In this document: one piece after another, positions 25,385-27,642 of the stretch
Numbering within the stretch: the first letter of the stretch is position 1
Layout of the letters: every line of letters starts with the position of its first letter
The notes under the pieces: model-generated
Seen by the model: the letters and a program-made list of their open reading frames with translations, nothing else
Database searches by the model: none
Told to the model about the DNA's origin: nothing
Position numbers and translations under genes: made by a program
From: Nitrososphaeraceae archaeon
GTDB lineage: Archaea > Thermoproteota > Nitrososphaeria > Nitrososphaerales > Nitrososphaeraceae
Length of the DNA: 27,642 bases
Assembly (NCBI GenBank): GCA_035640055.1
Contig: DASQWW010000001.1
Span: forward strand, 1-27,642
Direction: 5' to 3'

Positions 25385-25871
25385 TTACAAATAAGGCAGA
25401 CTTAATATTCATCGATTAATTAGTGTTATTAATAATGAGTGTTTTTTGTAAAAACTCAGTCGATGCAGAATATAACCACCAAAAATTTCTCGTTTTGAAC
25501 ATCATGAAAATCTCTCTAGTATGAACTATTGCAGAGAGAAATATAAGACCGAACTTAGCTAAAGACATTGTTCTTACCAGCTCTTCATTATCGATAGGCT
25601 TTTGATGAATGAGTTGGTAGTAACATTTCATATAAAACAAAAGGCTCTATGTCAATATTGTTTTGTTTATATCTCTATTATCATAGAGTTTTATCTACTT
25701 CTGTTAAATTCTTACCATAGTACTAAAAAGTTAATTTCTCAGTTACTAACTTTTTATTTAGTTTTCTGATTAATATAATCGGATTGCTTAAAAAATATCA
25801 TGACGATAACAAACTGAAGTTAATTAACACAATTAGAAATAAATGAATGTATAGATTGGATATTACATATA

Positions 25872-26108
25872 GTGAGGTTTAAAAAAGATTTCAATTATGA
25901 ATACGCCTTCTTAGAAGATTGGGAGTTTCTTATCTTTCGTGTTAAAGATTATTATTTTATGGATGTTAATTCACTTAACAAAATAGAGAGGATTACTGGG
26001 ATGATTATTGTACAAATAAAATCGTGTGATGGAATTGCAGAATTATGGTTTGGCAGAAGAATGGAAGCAGCACAGAAAAACAAAAACCTTAAGAACAGAA
26101 TTACTTGA
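25872..26108 (+). CDS. Hypothetical protein (78 aa)
   Basis: ORF with a GTG start and no recognisable motifs. It lies in a poorly coding 1.5-kb stretch. Confidence 0.3.
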   Translation: MRFKKDFNYEYAFLEDWEFLIFRVKDYYFMDVNSLNKIERITGMIIVQIKSCDGIAELWFGRRMEAAQKNKNLKNRIT

Positions 26109-26312
26109 ACAAGTATCTAATCATATTCAAACTGAGAATAGAACAGATTTATATATAGCGGTAAACCGTTAAAGAAATATATAGTTTGGCTTTTGTTTTT
26201 GCTCAATTGTCTATCTAAAAAGAAAAAATTGTTTTTGTCTTATTGTAAATGCTACATATTTTGCGTTAGTTACATAGAAACTCAAATGAGGTGGTAAATA
26301 ATTACTATCTAT

Positions 26313-27068
26313 ATGTATGGAAAGAAATTAATTTCATCAATATTGCTATTGCTATTTTTATTTATGATTATTAATTATAATACTACTGTAGTTCTAGCCT
26401 TAACAGAGATACCTAAAACAAATATTGACAACCAGATACAACCTTACTTTGTAAAAGAATTTGAAAACCATAAATTAATAAAGGTACTGGTAGATGATGC
26501 TATCCAGTCATTATATAATAGTGATACAAAAGGAGCACTTGTACATTTGAATTTGGTTAAAGAGCAACTAACTGCAGTACATAGCAAGAATTCAACAATC
26601 TATGAATTGGCAAATGTACTGGTAGATGATGCTATCCAATTCATGCAAAAACATGATACAAAAGGAGCACTTGTACATTTGAATTTGGTTAAAGAGCAGC
26701 TAGTTATGCCTGATGACAACATAACATACAGCAATCAGACCGGAGGATCACAAACGATAACCTTGGGCAATATGTTTACGTGTAATGTCTTAAGTAGCAA
26801 TACTACGTCCAAAATAATAGGAAATTTAATAACTAACTTTGAGAATGTAACATTGCGAGGACAATTTGAAGTGATTCCATATTCACAAGATGAGTATGAG
26901 TCTATAGCCCAGGTATACAAAAACAATGGTATTGAGGTGAATACACATATTAGTTATGGTAAATTTGCCATCAAAATACCACAAGAAAGAATCAATGAAG
27001 TACTTTGTTCACTTCAAAATGACGCAAAAATTAAATCTGTCAGACCTTTGAACTTCTCTGTTTTCTAG
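26313..27068 (+). CDS. Secreted or anchored protein with a duplicated 44-aa helical module and a C-terminal domain resembling a subtilisin-propeptide (inhibitor I9)-like fold
   Basis: N-terminal hydrophobic segment LISSILLLLFLFMII. The module VLVDDAIQ-x6-DTKGALVHLNLVKEQL occurs twice. The C-terminal GIEVNTHISYGKFAIKIPQERINEVLCSLQNDAKIKSVRPLNFSV resembles the I9 pattern (..y....gFaa.l....i..l...p.V..vep...v). The I9 call is a weak visual one. Confidence 0.7.
   Translation: MYGKKLISSILLLLFLFMIINYNTTVVLALTEIPKTNIDNQIQPYFVKEFENHKLIKVLVDDAIQSLYNSDTKGALVHLNLVKEQLTAVHSKNSTIYELANVLVDDAIQFMQKHDTKGALVHLNLVKEQLVMPDDNITYSNQTGGSQTITLGNMFTCNVLSSNTTSKIIGNLITNFENVTLRGQFEVIPYSQDEYESIAQVYKNNGIEVNTHISYGKFAIKIPQERINEVLCSLQNDAKIKSVRPLNFSVF
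26484..26702. repeat. Intragenic direct duplication, period 132 nt (copies 26484-26570 and 26616-26702)
   Basis: Blocks of 23 nt (gtactggtagatgatgctatcca) and 44 nt (gatacaaaaggagcacttgtacatttgaatttggttaaagagca) are identical between copies. They flank a 16-nt patch with only 6 of 16 matches. Confidence 0.9.
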
Positions 27069-27297
27069 TCAACTGACATCGGTCCATCCTAATAATGAAA
27101 ATTATAATAACGCTCAAGTAGATCGAAAGTAAAATCTCTCAGATTTGGATGCGGCTACTTCGAACCCAGTAATCAGAGAGGAGAAAGGCAACTGGAAATC
27201 ATAAGGTTTTAGTAAATAGTATAGAATTTGGTGTAGCGCGATCGCAAAACAATCATAAGTTCAGATATATATATATTTTCGAAATAATAATAAACTA

Positions 27298-27642
27298 CTA
27301 GATCCGCCTTATTATTCTCATCAATCTACTAGAAATAATTGTCGAACCTAATGCTGCTATTGCCATTAAAGCTAATACATTTACTGGGAATTCGGGTGTT
27401 ACCTGTATTGGTATATTAACACTTTCTGTTGGGGAATTATTTATCTTATCAATATTTAGAATATATGAGCCCTGATCGCCAAATATGTATTTTTGTTGTG
27501 TAGCAGTCTGAGCTGTTCTGTATGTTTCAGCTAATTTCTTATCTCCTGTGAGCAATACTATGTCATATGTTACACCTTTAATTTCTTTTCCAGATTTAGA
27601 GTCTAAGAATTTGATGTCAAAGGTATTTTCTTTACTTATATC
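27298..27642 (-). CDS. 3' part of a larger gene (5' end beyond the window): exported protein with a PEFG-CTERM-like sorting signal
   Basis: The reading frame stays open from 27555 to the window edge (...DISKENTFDIKFLDSKSGKEIKGVTYDIVLLTGDKK...). The C-terminus is VTPEFPVNVLALMAIAALGSTIISSRLMRIIRRI, that is PEF motif + hydrophobic helix + basic tail. Confidence 0.65.
   Translation of the reverse strand, partial: DISKENTFDIKFLDSKSGKEIKGVTYDIVLLTGDKKLAETYRTAQTATQQKYIFGDQGSYILNIDKINNSPTESVNIPIQVTPEFPVNVLALMAIAALGSTIISSRLMRIIRRI

Noticed and set aside
26507-26654. Diversity-generating retroelement (template/variable repeat) as the explanation for the diverged 16-nt patch in the duplicated module
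   Set aside because: Only half of the differences fall at adenines of either copy, so there is no A-specific mutagenesis signature. No reverse transcriptase gene is present in the window.
27238-27245. GCGATCGC (the octamer known as HIP1 in cyanobacteria)
   Set aside because: It occurs only once in the window, and there is no evidence of over-representation. It is probably coincidental.
1-27642. CRISPR arrays, transposases or IS elements, integrases, toxin-antitoxin pairs, and restriction or other known defence genes
   Set aside because: I saw no regularly spaced direct repeats and no ORF with recognisable nuclease, transposase, integrase or defence motifs. The only tandem or direct repeats are intragenic (21697-21756, 26484-26702).

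Overview
This is an AT-rich archaeal chromosomal segment. By inference it comes from an ammonia-oxidising thaumarchaeon (Nitrososphaeria). The evidence for that placement is a GINS-like replication gene, a fused ADP-forming acyl-CoA synthetase, a PEFG-like C-terminal sorting signal, and TATA-like boxes about 25 nt upstream of start codons, which suggests leaderless mRNAs. Confident housekeeping genes are a class II ribonucleotide reductase (ATP-cone plus Cys-rich tail), an M20 peptidase, an ADP-forming acyl-CoA synthetase, glutamine synthetase, a TatD-family hydrolase, a GT-B glycosyltransferase, tRNA-Val(UAC), a CBS-pair protein and a DEAD-box helicase. I found no CRISPR array, transposase, integrase or recognisable defence gene. 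Six things do not look routine. (1) Two secreted GSDH-type beta-propeller dehydrogenase paralogs bracket a 4-kb island and share long tracts of near-perfect nucleotide identity. The second paralog is followed, in the same frame after a single TAA, by an alpha-crystallin-like domain with no ATG start. (2) Three proteins, two of them adjacent, carry the same C-terminal CxxC-x10-CxxCG zinc ribbon behind low-complexity linkers. They sit in a window that is unusually rich in small zinc-binding proteins. (3) A 1-kb ORF-free gap lies between convergent genes and holds a GC-enriched, foldable island. (4) A perfect 17-bp hairpin sits upstream of a small conserved-looking gene. (5) A eukaryote-style C2H2 finger is fused to a CBS pair, and the helicase has an Arg/Tyr-rich tail. 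(6) A secreted protein has an internal 132-nt duplication with a sharply diverged 16-nt patch, and it converges on a PEFG-CTERM-like protein. All functional assignments come from motif recognition by eye. No database search was run.
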